A stretch of DNA of 64,000 bases from Octopus bimaculoides (Eukaryota). The notes under the pieces are model-generated. The model ran no database searches. It was not told the origin of the DNA and worked only from the letters and a program-made list of their open reading frames with translations. Within the stretch, counting starts at the first letter, position 1, and each line of letters starts with the position of its first letter. Both the position numbers and the translations under genes were made by a program. Below, piece by piece: positions 40,559-53,445 of this stretch. The stretch lies in assembly GCF_001194135.2 (NCBI RefSeq), contig NC_068985.1, positions 103,396,183-103,460,182 on the forward strand. Direction: 5' to 3'.

Positions 40559-40951
40559 GTGTGTATATANNNNNNNNNNNNNNNNNNNNNNNNNNNNNNN
40601 NNNNNNNNNNNNNNNNNNNNNNNNNNNNNNNNNNNNNNNNNNNNNNNNNNNNNNNNNNNNNNNNNNNNNNNNNNNNNNNNNNNNNNNNNNNNNNNNNNNN
40701 NNNNNNNNNNNNNNNNNNNNNNNNNNNNNNNNNNNNNNNNNNNNNNNNNNNNNNNNNNNNNNNNNNNNNNNNNNNNNNNNNNNNNNNNNNNNNNNNNNNN
40801 NNNNNNNNNNNNNNNATGAAGGCACTGTCAACACTGTTCTTGTTGAAGTAAAGTAAATATGTACTCTATGAAAAGTACTGAATAGTGTTGAATAATCCTT
40901 CAATTTAATTCAAATTTGTTTTTATTATAGCTCAAATAAAATCAAACATTA

Positions 40952-40995
<44 letters not shown>

Positions 40996-41529
40996 CTATA
41001 TATGTGTGTGTGTGTATACATATATTACAGCCAAATGCTTTTCCTGCCATGAATCCTTATCAGTTTTTCAAATAAGGTACTAATGAAAGCTGCAGTGGCA
41101 TTTGGAAATTCACAGGCCACAAAGAGTCTTTAGGTACATACGTGTATTGAAAGTCAAGAAAAGAAGAACACAACTACAACGATCTTCCATCACTGTTTTG
41201 TCCAATCAACAATTATTCTCTGTTTGTGTATATGTGTACATATATATATATATATATAATTACATATACACATGCACCAGCAAATGTTAAAAGTCACTTG
41301 TGAACACACTCAAAATTTTGCTGCTCACTCACATGCCTCACACCACAACATTTTTGTGCTCTCATCTAAACATCCAATGCAAATTATTAGATCTACCATT
41401 AATCAGCTAAAAACATACATACATACATACATACATACATGCATATAGTGTAAACAGAGTTAGTGGTTATAATAACCAACTAAGGGATAAAATATTTGTA
41501 CGTACTATCGGTTATATATAATATGACAC

Positions 41530-41960
41530 CTCCATTATGGAAGCTCAGTCTAAATCTTATTAACTCATAACACTCTCCACAGTGTGCATTCACCTATAAC
41601 TTTTGTACAAAAACAGTTTAAGATCCCTTCTGATTTGGCTATAATTTAGGGGTCTCCTTGAAAGTTAGATCAGAAACATTATATCCTTTCTCTCTTCTAG
41701 CTTAGTAGGTGATTTATTTAACCTGACCTTCATTATATACATACATGGTGGAAATGAACTTGTGACTGAGTAAGAACACTTTGTATACCCATTTCAGTCT
41801 ACGAAACATCTAAAGTTAGGTCTCCTTATTGCTGATGATATCTCATAATTTTTCTAAGGTCTGCAAGGGACTCACAACTCATTCTACACCAACCTCAAGT
41901 CAGCATCTCAGCAGCAACTTGACCATCTTGTCAAGTCCATTAGTTGACCCACACACAACA
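41530..41960 (-). mobile_element. Decayed CR1-type LINE 3' fragment
   Basis: Reverse-strand remnants of the RL..L.L.SLE.RR.R segment and a downstream LP motif. Confidence 0.4.
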
Positions 41961-41969
41961 GATAAATTC

Positions 41970-42000
<31 letters not shown>

Positions 42001-42793
42001 CACACACATCCTTATACATAATTCCATGTTTATGTGCATATATTTACACACATATACGCACATATACATACACAGACAGACATTTGTTCATTTGTTTTTT
42101 GTCTGTTTTCCATGTTAGATGAATACATGCAGGTGTGTGTGTGTGTTTGCATATAAATGTGGGTTTCTGTTGGGTGACAGTACTTATGAGTGTATTCTGC
42201 AACTCACTTACTTCCAGTGATATTTTGGTATCCAGGCTATTTTATCTTTAGTCTTTAAAAGTAAATCACTTCTGGCTATCTTTTCATGACCAAAAAAAAA
42301 AAAATTAATAAATAAATCTCAAATTTTATTTATTAATTTTATATTGAAAGTTTCCTTCTTTACCATTTTTTTTTTGTTTATCATCCATAATAAGTAATAT
42401 TTATATGTCCCTATGCATTTTATAATTGCAGTTCCTTGTCATTTTATTAATATTTGGCTCAATTAAGTTATTCCATAAATAAAGCTCATATTCTTACTAG
42501 ATTTTATATTGACAAGAAATTTAAAGAAGAAACATTTGATGTACAAAAGAATATTAGTTTAGCAGAACTGTTCCGAATGAACAGAAAAAATATAATTTTA
42601 TGATTAATATGTTATTGATGATGATGATGAATTAGACACAAGTCAGTAATTTTGAGGAGACTGGGTAGATTGACACTGATGGAACCAGTCCTTGATTGGA
42701 ACTTCCTTTTATCAATCCTAGAAGGCTGAAATGCAGAGTTGGCCTTGGCAAGATTTGAATGCAAAATGTCAAAGTGAGAATAAATATTGTGAA

Positions 42794-42896
42794 GCATTTT
42801 TCTACTGATCTGTTGATTCTGTGAGTCGGCATTTTTCTACTGATCTGTTGATTCTGTGAGTCGGCATTTTTCTACTGATCTGTTGAGTCTGTGAGT
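42794..42896. repeat. 35-bp tandem repeat, ~3 copies
   Basis: gcatttttctactgatctgttgattctgtgagtcg repeated head-to-tail at the edge of a SINE. Confidence 0.9.
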
Positions 42897-44305
42897 TATT
42901 ATAATAATAATTGAAGCATATCAGATTGTCTAAACAATTGTGAGGTTGAGAAGTAGATTAGGCAATATTTTAATTTTAGCTTATAATATTAGCTAGTAGT
43001 CACAATATGGGAATTAGGTTCTCATCATTTTGGCTCTGGTAGCTGGGTTCTTTTGAGATTTTTTTTTTTTTTTTTTTTCCTGTTTGAAACTAATTCAAAT
43101 TCTGTTGCTAATGTCCTTGGAATCAACATGATCTGTCAGTTTGTGGCCTTAGTGCCAAAAGTCATTAATTTATTATTATTATTATTATTATAAAGTTGGC
43201 AAGTTGGCAGAATTGTTACCACAGTGGACGAAATGCTTAGCAGTTTTCGCCCATCACCACATTCTGAGTTCAAATTCCTCTGAAGTCAACTTTGCCTTTC
43301 ATCCTTTTGGGGTTAATAGATTAAGTATAAGTGAAACACTGGAGTCGATGTAATCAACTAGTCCCCTCCCCACAAATCTGAGGCCTTGTGCCTCCAGTAG
43401 AAAGGATTATTATTATGCCATGTGCTAGCACAGGCATTAGAACACTAGAAGAAAAATGCCTTGCTGCATTCATCACAGTTTTTACATTTTGAGTTCAAAT
43501 CTCACCAAAGTAATCAACTAACCTCCTCTCCTTGAAATAGGTGGCCTTGTGCCAAAATTTAGATCAACTATTATTGTTGATTGTGGATAAGTAGAATTGT
43601 TAAAGTGTCTGAGTTCAAATCCTATCAAGGTTAATTTTGTCTTTCATCTTTCTAGGGTCAATAAAATAAAATACCAATAAAATTGTGGGTTTGCTTAAAC
43701 CACCTCAAAGGCTTAGGTATAATAGAATTAAGTTGTTTGTCCTGTGAAGAAAACGATGCCTTAAGTGTTCTTTTGTGTCTTAAAATAAGTATTTAAGCTG
43801 TTTTTATCTAATTAGAAATTATATTATGAATGATAATAATATTCTTCCTCTTAGTGCATTGGAGAAAATGCTTAGCAGCAATGCTCCCAGCTCAACATTC
43901 TGAGTTCAAATTCCATTGAGGTTGACTTTTACCTCTCATCCTTTTGGGGTTGATAAACTATCAGTCAAGTACTGGTATCGATGTAATTGATTTGGCCCCT
44001 CTCCTCAAAATTACTGGCCTTGTGCCAAAATTAGTAAGAATTGTTATCATTAAGAACATCGGCATACTTATCATCAGGATACCAGTTATATAAGTTGTGT
44101 TAATTTTAGCATCATTGATAGGTGCCATGGTTTGTTAAGATTTTTACTTGACATAGATTTACAACATAGTTCACTTTGCCTAAGTTATACCTGCTTCACT
44201 TACGTTGCTAATGCCAAAAAGAAAAAAAAGAAAGGCATGAACATCACAAATTCCGGTTGCTCCTCTGATAACTTTTGTAATTAATATTATAATTATTATT
44301 TTTTC

Positions 44306-44336
<31 letters not shown>

Positions 44337-45955
44337 TATTTTCTCACCTCAGAGAATATTGAAATCTTAAACAATGGTGCTTAAGAGTTGGAAATGCACA
44401 GAAATATGCTGAATAAGACAAAAAAAAAAAAGAAAAACTGCTGCAAATGGTTTTCAGATGATGCTCATTGCTTATTTGTGTAGAGGATAGACAAATAATA
44501 ATAATAATAAAAAAAACACGAGAACATCAGTAATAATAAATAACATACTGTTATTAATTAAAAGTGACTAACGTTTTCATATGTAAACCAGTCCATCATA
44601 TTTTTCTTTGTACTGGTGGGAGAAAAAGAAAAAAAGTTCTAAAAGGAAAAAAAAAAATTAATTTCATCAATAAATTTAGACGATATGTGATCAACGAGGT
44701 TTCTATAATTGTTTACTCAAAACTGGGTAAATATTTACTACCCCTGTCCTAACGTTTTCTTTCTCTATCCTAGTCTATCACCTTATACCCAATTTTATTT
44801 ATCAATTATTTTCCTTTCTCTTTCTACCATTGCTAATACCCACCCCTCACCTTCCCTTGAAACTCCAACCTCTGATATACTTTGATATTTAAGTCGGTGG
44901 GAGTTGATGTTCATGCGTTATTTCTGTTAATGGTTGTCGTCCTTAACTCATTATTGGGTTATCTTCCCTTAGGTAACTCCATTGAGTTACTATCCACCCC
45001 ATTGTTAACTATATCAGGTTGCCTCCCTTGTTAACTTGTTTGAATAAAGGAATAAAATTTAAAAAAAAACAGTTTTCAAATATGCCATGCGTTTTCTAAG
45101 TGCTACATTACAAACGTGTTTTATTTATATATTTTTTTTCTGTTTCTGATTGATTTCACTCTCATCCGGCCTCCCCATCTCTCTTGTTTAAGAGAAGTTT
45201 TATTTCAAATCATGAACAAAACTCATTCTTATTTCCGTTTTCAAAATGCATTAAAAATCATTTTTCATATNNNNNNNNNNNNNNNNNNNNNNNNNNNNNN
45301 NNNNNNNNNNNNNNNNNNNNNNNNNNNNNNNNNNNNNNNNNNNNNNNNNNNNNNNNNNNNNNNNNNNNNNNNNNNNNNNNNNNNNNNNNNNNNNNNNNNN
45401 NNNNNNNNNNNNNNNNNNNNNNNNNNNNNNNNNNNNNNNNNNNNNNNNNNNNNNNNNNNNNNNNNNNNNNNNNNNNNNNNNNNNNNNNNNNNNNNNNNNN
45501 NNNNNNNNNNNNNNNNNNNNNNNNNNNNNNNNNNNNNNNNNNNNNNNNNNNNNNNNNNNNNNNNNNNNNNNNNNNNNNNNNNNNNNNNNNNNNNNNNNNN
45601 NNNNNNNNNNNNNNNNNNNNNNNNNNNNNNNNNNNNNNNNNNNNNNNNNNNNNNNNNNNNNNNNNNNNNNNNNNNNNNNNNNNNNNNNNNNNNNNNNNNN
45701 NNNNNNNNNNNNNNNNNNNNNNNNNNNNNNNNNNNNNNNNNNNNNNNNNNNNNNNNNNNNNNNNNNNNNNNNNNNNNNNNNNNNNNNNNNNNNNNNNNNN
45801 NNNNNNNNNNNNNNNNNNNNNNNNNNNNNNNNNNNNNNNNNNNNNNNNNNNNNNNNNNNNNNNNNNNNNNNNNNNNNNNNNNNNNNNNNNNNNNNNNNNN
45901 NNNNNNNNNNNNNNNNNNNNNNNNNNNNNNNNNNNNNNNNNNNNNNNNNNNNNNN

Positions 45956-46010
<55 letters not shown>

Positions 46011-46021
46011 TATATACATAC

Positions 46022-46053
<32 letters not shown>

Positions 46054-46430
46054 GAATGTATATATGCATATGCATTTATACACATGTTTGAATATGTGCA
46101 TATATAAATATATTTGTATATATGTATATATTTGTGTCTATGTATATGTGTGTGTATATAGATATATATATGTACTTATATATTTATATATAAGCATGGA
46201 AGATCGATGTTAAAAGATGAGGATATATACTTATATATATATGTACTTATTTATATACTTATATATACACATATATATACTTCTTGATATATATGTGTGT
46301 GTGTACATATATGTATATAAGTGTGTGTGTTTATATATATATATACATATATACACACACACAAACACACATGCATATGTATAGTTGGTATGCACACATT
46401 TTGTATGTCTGCATATGGTTATACATAAAT
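45956..46430. repeat. (TA)n and TA/TG-rich low-complexity tract
   Basis: Direct reading; abuts an N gap. Confidence 0.95.
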
Positions 46431-46974
46431 ACATAATGTTACTTGGATAAAAAAAAATTTAAGTAATGGTGGGTAGAAAAATACCAAATTTTTTTTTAAA
46501 CTTTTGTTGTTTTTCTGTTGTTCTCCCCTCTCCCGTTCCTCTGGACTCTACAAATATTGGTATTTCTTTGAAAATTTTATTCCTTGATTGTTTGGATTGA
46601 GAAAATGGCTACGAGAGAGAAAGGCAATGAATAAAAGAATGAGTGAAAGAGGAAAAGGAAAAAAAAAAAGAAATAACAAAAGGACAATAACAAAAAACAT
46701 AAACATATTTAAAAAAACAACAAAAGGACATGTTTTAATGAAAGAAATAAAATTATGGAAATTTTAAAAATAAAAAAAAATATCTATTAAAAATGGTTGT
46801 TTTATTGTTTTTGTCTTATTTGCATTGTTTCTTTTTTTTTTTAGCAGTGAAACTTTTGGTTCAGCATTACTTGAAAATGTTGCAACATTCAGAAGAAGAC
46901 CCTTGCATCAGTTTTGCAAGCAAGCTTTGAGATTTCATGTAGGAAGCAGAAGACTAAAGTGCTTTGTTTTTATT

Positions 46975-47335
46975 AACTCTTTACTCTTTTACTTGTTTCA
47001 GTCATTTGACTGCGGCCATGCTGGAGCACCACCTTTAGTCGAGCAAATCGATCCCAGGACTTATTCTTTGTAAACCTAGTACTTATTCTATCGGTCTCTT
47101 TTGCCGAACCGCTAAGTTACAAGGACGTAAACACTCCAGCATCGGTTGTGAAGCGATGTTGGAGGAACAAACACACACACATATATATATATACATATAC
47201 ATATATACGACGGGCTTCTTTCAGTTTCTGTCTACCAAATCTACTCAGAAGGCTTTGGTCGGCCCAAGGCTATAGTAGAAAACAATTGCCCAATGTGCCA
47301 TGCAGTGGGACTGAACCCGGAACCATGTGGTTTAA
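46975..47335 (-). mobile_element. Composite tRNA-derived SINE (same family as 60410-60755)
   Basis: gactgcggccatgctggagcacc...gagcaaatcga.cccaggactta, followed by cagtttc.gtctaccaaat...gcagtgggactgaacccggaaccatgtgg. Confidence 0.85.
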
Positions 47336-48959
47336 GAGAATTTCATTTAGACATTCAAAAATGGTGTTTTGCATTTATGTAGAGTTGATTCAAATGAATA
47401 CGTCAACACCAAGAATAACAGGCAAGCTACAATGATAGCAGCAAACACAGTTGTAAAAGTAGCTCTACTAGAAAGGCACATCAAAAGTGAATAAAGAGAA
47501 GCAGTAATACATTCATCATGACAGCAGACACTACATAAATATATCGTGTCGCTCTCTCTCTTGGGAATTGTGGCTTAAATCACCACAATATTTAATCAAG
47601 CAATTTGGAAATGCAACAATATATTATTTCATTTACTGCGATGCACAATACCGGCAATTGGTGCCATACACAAAAAGAGGATTTCATACAACATATATGA
47701 AATAACTGACATTGTTGTTGAGGAGTTCAAGAAAATGGATACAGACGATGGATATACATAAATGGTATTTAAAAGAATTATATTGCATTGATTTTCTTTG
47801 CAGTTTAATGAATATCAATTGTATTATCTCGAACATGCAACAATAGAAATTCATATCCATTAAACATTTGAATGGCTCTCTGATCTGCCTGGCTTTTGAT
47901 CTAGGCATAGATTTATGATGATAGATACAACTATATCGTATAATGGCAGTATTTCCACTGTGGCAGAATACTGATGTTATTTCACGCATATTTTCAATAT
48001 CTGTTTAGTATTTCAGAAGATTTTCTCTTTCACTTTGTCGATCCAAAACAGGAGGTTATAAAACTCTTATGAGAATTGAAAAGATTACTATTGCATTTTA
48101 CAGCATATAAAGGAAAGAAATATAATGCTGTATGTAGATAAATAATTTTATTAATATAGTAATTTCATTAATCTGGTGAAGTCCGATAAAATTCAATAGA
48201 AACGAACTCTTTGTTACATTTACCTGGACAAAACAAACACTTGTTTTGTAAACATTTATGATTGCTGATGATATGTATGAGATATATATCGTAGACATTG
48301 GCAGCCTGAAATCATGTCTGGATCGCAGCAATATTCTGTTTATGCCATGAATCACAGTGCAAATATTTTTTTTAAATATATGTATAGAACTAAGTCTTAT
48401 AGAAAAAATGATATGAGTTACGATTCCTTGGTTTTAGTTTATGTCTGTATAATTTACATGATTTTGAATCAACTTTTAGAATTTCTCATCACTAAAATCA
48501 GTTTGTTGATGTTCGAATCTATATAATATTTCTCTGGATTACATTATTTTGACTTCAGACTAGAAAGAAGAAAAATTTTGAAGTAAATGCATGCATTGCT
48601 TTTTCTTTTAATGAAAATCTATTAGCTTTTGATTTCTCTAAATGAAGAAAATAGTCAGAGTTTAGACAAATTATAATCAAATATATGTAAGGCAATCTTT
48701 ATGTTCAGCTTAATGTGAATGTTTTGTTAGATCACTAATTACTGTGCTTTTTACCTTGAGAGGACCTCTCATATGGACACATGATACACAAAAGCACTCA
48801 TATTTATAGCCTTGGCAGACGAGAATTGTTTGCTACAGGCACCAGAACTGCCAGATCAGGTGATTTCAACCTGCCCGAACTCAACAAATCAACGCCATCA
48901 AATCAACATTGCCTGAAGAGGCACATGGTGTACCATGTATCAGGTGTTGAAGTGATTGC

Positions 48960-49070
48960 AGAGTAACATGAGATAAAGTGTCTTGCTCAAGAACACAACA
49001 CACTATCTGGTCAAGGAATTGAAATCACGATCTCACGATCATGAGTGCAACACCCTAACTGCTAGGCCAT
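48960..49070 (-). mobile_element. tRNA-derived SINE 5' fragment
   Basis: Reverse strand gcatggcctagcagttagggtgttgcactcatgatcgtgagatcgtgatttcaattcc has A/B-box-like words. Confidence 0.65.
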
Positions 49071-49113
49071 GCATACATACATACATATGTATGGACATAC
49101 ATATATGTATGTG

Positions 49114-49164
<51 letters not shown>

Positions 49165-49204
49165 TCACACACACAGGTTGGACTAAATGGAAATTGTTTA
49201 ATAT

Positions 49205-49425
49205 CAAGTTGGTCCACCTTTGAAATCAATCACAGTTTTAATGCATCAAAGAATAGACTCGTACAGGTTCTGAAAGGTGGTTAGAGAAATTTTGAGCCAT
49301 TCTGTTTTAGCTCTTAGAGCGACAATGGCTGAGGGAAGTGGCTCCTCACTTGCTCCTCCAAAATGCATCATTTGATTTTATTGAGATCTGGTGATTGAGA
49401 GAGTCAATCCAAGTACTTGACATCA
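49205..49425 (-). mobile_element. Tc1-like transposase C-terminal relic
   Basis: Reverse strand reads ...SQSPDLN...[35 protein letters not shown], with indels. Confidence 0.7.
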
Positions 49426-49429
49426 CTTC

Positions 49430-50670
49430 TGTACTATTCAATCCAATTTCAAACATTAGCTGTGTCAATATATCTTATATTTCAATGCAGAATTGAATAA
49501 TTTTTTTTCAACAGTTCATTACAATTCATTTTGTAATTCAGCTGGTACAGACAATAACGATGTCATCATAATCTGGTTAACGATGCACGTTGTTCAGCTG
49601 ATCTGATATTTTCTTGTAGATTTCTGAACGAATTTAACATTTCTGCCAAGCATAATTATTTCCTTATTATCTATCATTTTACAAATGTCTCATGTCTTAA
49701 AACCATCCATTGTCTAAAATTGATTCTCTGTCAGTATTTACGTTTGTGTACCATCTATTTCACACACATAAATAACCTTCTTTACTAATATCGACAATGC
49801 AGTTTTTATCATTCACAATTTTAATTTCAGCATTTGGAAGTGGTTGACCAATTATTCCAGTAACATATTCTCTGAAATTGTCCTAGGAGAGTGTCTATTT
49901 TCCAAGTTTTGGCAGTTAGGAAAAAAAGTTGATTTATGACCAAAATGTCATAGATAAACCACTTTCTATGGCATCAAAGAAAGCCATACCATCTACTTTG
50001 ATCCAAAACCTTTTCTTTTTCAGTAGAGAAACATAAATCTAATGGCTGAATACATGGTATATTACAACCTTCCTTTATCAAAATATCCCTTTTGAAAATC
50101 CTTTTGAGTAAACTACATATATCTGCTACAACAGAAGATTTCATCTCAGTTACAGATATATTCCACCAAACAGACTAACGGCCATTGAAAAGTTTTCCCT
50201 TTGAAATTTTAGTTATTTATTGAAAATAAATGTCAGCACATTTATGGCATTTAATTGCATGAGTATAACGACTCAGTGGGACAGTCACCTTCACAATATT
50301 CACGAATGTTTTCATTAATTAAAGATAAATATTTAATTACTGGTTTTGATTATGAAACATTAATAGTAAGATGTAGTTTCAGGGAAGTTCTACTGACTAC
50401 AACACCATCTCCTAAAATATTTGCCACCTGAAACAATTTGTTGCAAACAGAAATGTTTGAGCCAAAATCTATTACAACATAATCCTCAAACATGAAAAAG
50501 TAATCAGCCATTCAACAGATAGTCTCACTGAATATCCTATAGTCATAGTGATATCGTTGTCATATGTCATGAGTTCAAAGTTCAAATTAGAGATGGAAAT
50601 TTGATTATCTTCCTTTGTTCTTTGCTTGACCAGCACTTTTGCCAAAAAACACTGTTCCGATATGGTGATA
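49430..50670 (-). pseudogene. Decayed tandem paralogue of exon 2 of the acyl-CoA synthetase at 57538-59038
   Basis: DNFREYVTGIIGQPLPNAEIKIVNDKNCIVDISKEGYLCV*NRWYTNVNTDRESILDNGWF aligns with DNIGEYVPGIIGRPFPNTEVKIVDDNNTIVDIGKEGYLCVRNKWCSKVNADGKSILDKGWF; LAKVLVKQRTKED..ELMTYDND...YSVRL aligns with IAKALVKQGIKKGD..EWMAYDSG...CSVRL. Collinear, with stops, frameshifts and deletions. Confidence 0.92.
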
Positions 50671-51250
50671 TCATCATAAATTAGAAAATAATAAACACTA
50701 TTAACATTGTGTACGAATACAAGTGAAAATGATCCATTTAAATATCTGTATGAAAGAATTTCCATACAATGTTATTTTCTTAGCAATAAATATTAATCCA
50801 ACGCAGAAAAAATTTGTTGTGAAGTATTGGATCTGGGAGTTAGCTCTATACACCACCAAGGTTCATCATAATATTGATTTTTTTAAACATATTCCACATT
50901 TCTTCAGGTTATAGAATTATTAAAACTGAAATTGTATACCATTCATTCCTTGTCTATGAGGTTTATTATTCATAACATTTAAAGTCAGAGACAATGACCT
51001 TCATGATGAGGGCTTCGAAAAGTAGTGATGTGCTAATACTTCTGGCTTTTAACATGACTGCAGCCATACTGGGACATCAGCCATCAAGGGTTTTAGTCGA
51101 TCATATCAATACTAGTCTGGTGTTTATTTTATCTATATTTATCAAAGAGCTAATCTATGTTTAACGTTGCAAATCATTTGCATACACCCACATGTGCATG
51201 TGAAAATGCATGCATATGTGTGCATGTGTTTGTATGTATGTATGTATGAA

Positions 51251-51562
51251 AAATGCGAGTACTTGACCAGTTCCACCTCCACTGCTTGCAACGAATCATG
51301 GGAATTTCCTGGGAGGACAGAGTCTCCAACACTGAGGTGCTTCACAGAGTCAAAATGCCCGGGATCAAAGCCCTTATCATGAAGGCCCAGCTCCGGTGGG
51401 TCGGACATGTAGTCTGAATAGACGATGCATGTCTACCAAAGATGATCTTCTTCTAAGAGCTGGCTTCTGAAGCAAGAAACTCTGGAAGGCCACTGAGGCG
51501 AGACAAGGACAGCCTGAAAACTTCCCTTGAGGCCTGCGGCATTTCAGCCCATGGTTGGGACG
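51251..51562 (+). mobile_element. RTE-clade LINE fragment (C-terminal ORF2)
   Basis: MRVLDQFHLHCLQRIMGISWEDRVSNTEVLHRVKMPGIKALIMKAQLRWVGHVV*IDDACLPKMIFF. Confidence 0.88.
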
Positions 51563-51652
51563 CTACAATAAACAATATATTTTTCTACTGCTACATTACA
51601 CAAAATTTTATTGAGTCGCTTTGTACACAGCGTTAATATGTATTTTTATTTC

Positions 51653-52384
51653 AGTTTGTCCGGGATGTCCCAGAATGATTTACCCATTAATATTTTTTTA
51701 ATTATTTAAAATAAAGTTAAAGTAAGATAATGAAATTTGGCACACCAGTTCTTACATAAATTATCAATCCATTGCAGTAATTACATTTCAAAATGACCAC
51801 CTTTCGCCTTGATCATCGCCTACAAACGAGTGGTCACTAAGAGGCATGAGCGCCATACCAACTCTTCATCCAACTTGACCCATGAAGACAGAAGGGCTTT
51901 CTTCAGATCTGACACATTTGAATAGGAGTGAGCAGAAACATTACTCTCTAAGATGGACCAGGTAGCAAAGTCCATGAGATTGATGTCTGGACTTGAGGGA
52001 GGCCATATCGTCTTGTCCCCAAAACCGCTGGGATGCTCTTTGCACTATCTCTATATCAAATTGAATGTATGGGCCAGAGCCTCGTCTTGAGTGAAGACGT
52101 AACAGTCACTGAAGGTTTCTGTGACCCAGGATAGTACTTTCTTGTCCAACATTTCCACATAAACTTCACTGTTGATCAAGGGAGATTTGGACAATTTAGA
52201 TACAACTGCGGCCCACACCATGAGTTAAGCTGGTTTCTGACAGCATAGATGATTCCTGCTACCTTCGGGTAAGTCTCCTATATTACATGCATAAAGACTG
52301 TCATTCTGCCTGTTGGAAACTGCCTCCACGGGGAAGATCTTTTCGTCAGACCAGATCAACACTGTGTTAGTGGCGTGCTTCATA
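51653..52384 (-). mobile_element. DD37D (maT-type) Tc1/mariner transposon, 3' half, inactive
   Basis: WSDEKIF...VWAAV...FTQDEALAH...IWPPSSPDINLMDF...AKGGHFE*; 37 residues counted between the 2nd and 3rd Asp; in-frame stops; truncated at a TA site by the next element. Confidence 0.88.
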
Positions 52385-53090
52385 GGGCAGGGAATTGCCA
52401 ATTAGTTAATAAAATTAATAATTAACAATTTTGCCAAGTAGTTCAGTATGCAAAAAAACCTTTATCGGTAAAACATTTATAATTATAAACTACTTGGCAA
52501 AATTGTTAATTATTAATTTTATTAACTAATTGGCAATTCCCTGCCCTTTATATCTATATTTATATTGATGGTCTTCTCTTGGATGGTTAAACTGCAGTCT
52601 TTTCTGCGGGACTATTTGTGACGCACATGGGATAATTTTGAGGAGGGATACGGAACTCACTAGTCGGTAAATTTGTGGATGCTTTCTCTTATTTGATATT
52701 TGATGTCGCATGGTCAAATATGCATGAGTATATTAACATTTTCAGATTTATTTTTTGTATATCATGCTGATGAGTGGAAAAGGATTTTATATTCTAATCA
52801 CGAAACGTCGTACATGATTAACTAACGGCAGGTTTGTTTTTGTTTTCTCTTCTGTTTTGTTCTATGTGTGCCGTAAATATCGCCATCCGTTGGAGAAAAA
52901 ATTGTAGTTAGAATTAGTAGTTCTTTGATTGCTATTTCTAAATTTTCAGTATGTTGGTGAAGCAACTCATGCTGATCCCTATATGTTTATGATTATAAAT
53001 GTTTTACCGATAAAGGTTTTTTTGCATACTGAACTACTTGGCAAAATTGTTAATTATTAATTTTATTAACAATTTGGCAATTCCCTGCCC
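52385..53090. mobile_element. TA-flanked inverted-repeat element: ~106-bp TIRs (52385-52490 / 52985-53090) plus an extra internal 59-bp inverted copy (52488-52546)
   Basis: ta|gggcagggaattgccaa... and ...ttggcaattccctgccc|ta; no transposase inside. Confidence 0.85.
52761..52818 (+). ncRNA. Type I hammerhead ribozyme motif with intact catalytic core
   Basis: Stem I atcatg/catgat; CTGATGA; stem II gtgg/tcac; GAAA; 2-bp stem III closing GTC; GTA cleavage triplet ending at 52812. Confidence 0.78.
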
Positions 53091-53410
53091 TATATNNNNN
53101 NNNNNNNNNNNNNNNNNNNNNNNNNNNNNNNNNNNNNNNNNNNNNNNNNNNNNNNNNNNNNNNNNNNNNNNNNNNNNNNNNNNNNNNNNNNNNNNNNNNN
53201 NNNNNNNNNNNNNNNNNNNNNNNNNNNNNNNNNNNNNNNNNNNNNNNNNNNNNNNNNNNNNNNNNNNNNNNNNNNNNNNNNNNNNNNNNNNNNNNNNNNN
53301 NNNNNNNNNNNNNNNNNNNNNNNNNNNNNNNNNNNNNNNNNGTATATAACCACATGTGAATCGTTGTCGACTTTTTCCCCCCGTCTTCCTTTTCTATTGG
53401 ACTTTCCTCT

Positions 53411-53445
53411 GTTACTGAAGAAGAGCTTTACTCGAAACATTAAAC
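53411..53445 (+). ncRNA. Minimal hammerhead motif in a Penelope-like terminal repeat fragment (53345-53540), probably inactivated
   Basis: gtt-a-CTGAAGA-a-gag(cttta)ctc-GAAAC-ATTA-aac; the usual palindromic ACGT appears as ACAT. Confidence 0.5.

Noticed and set aside
42794-42896. CRISPR-sized 35-bp repeats
   Set aside because: Head-to-tail with no unique spacers and no cas genes, in a eukaryotic context.
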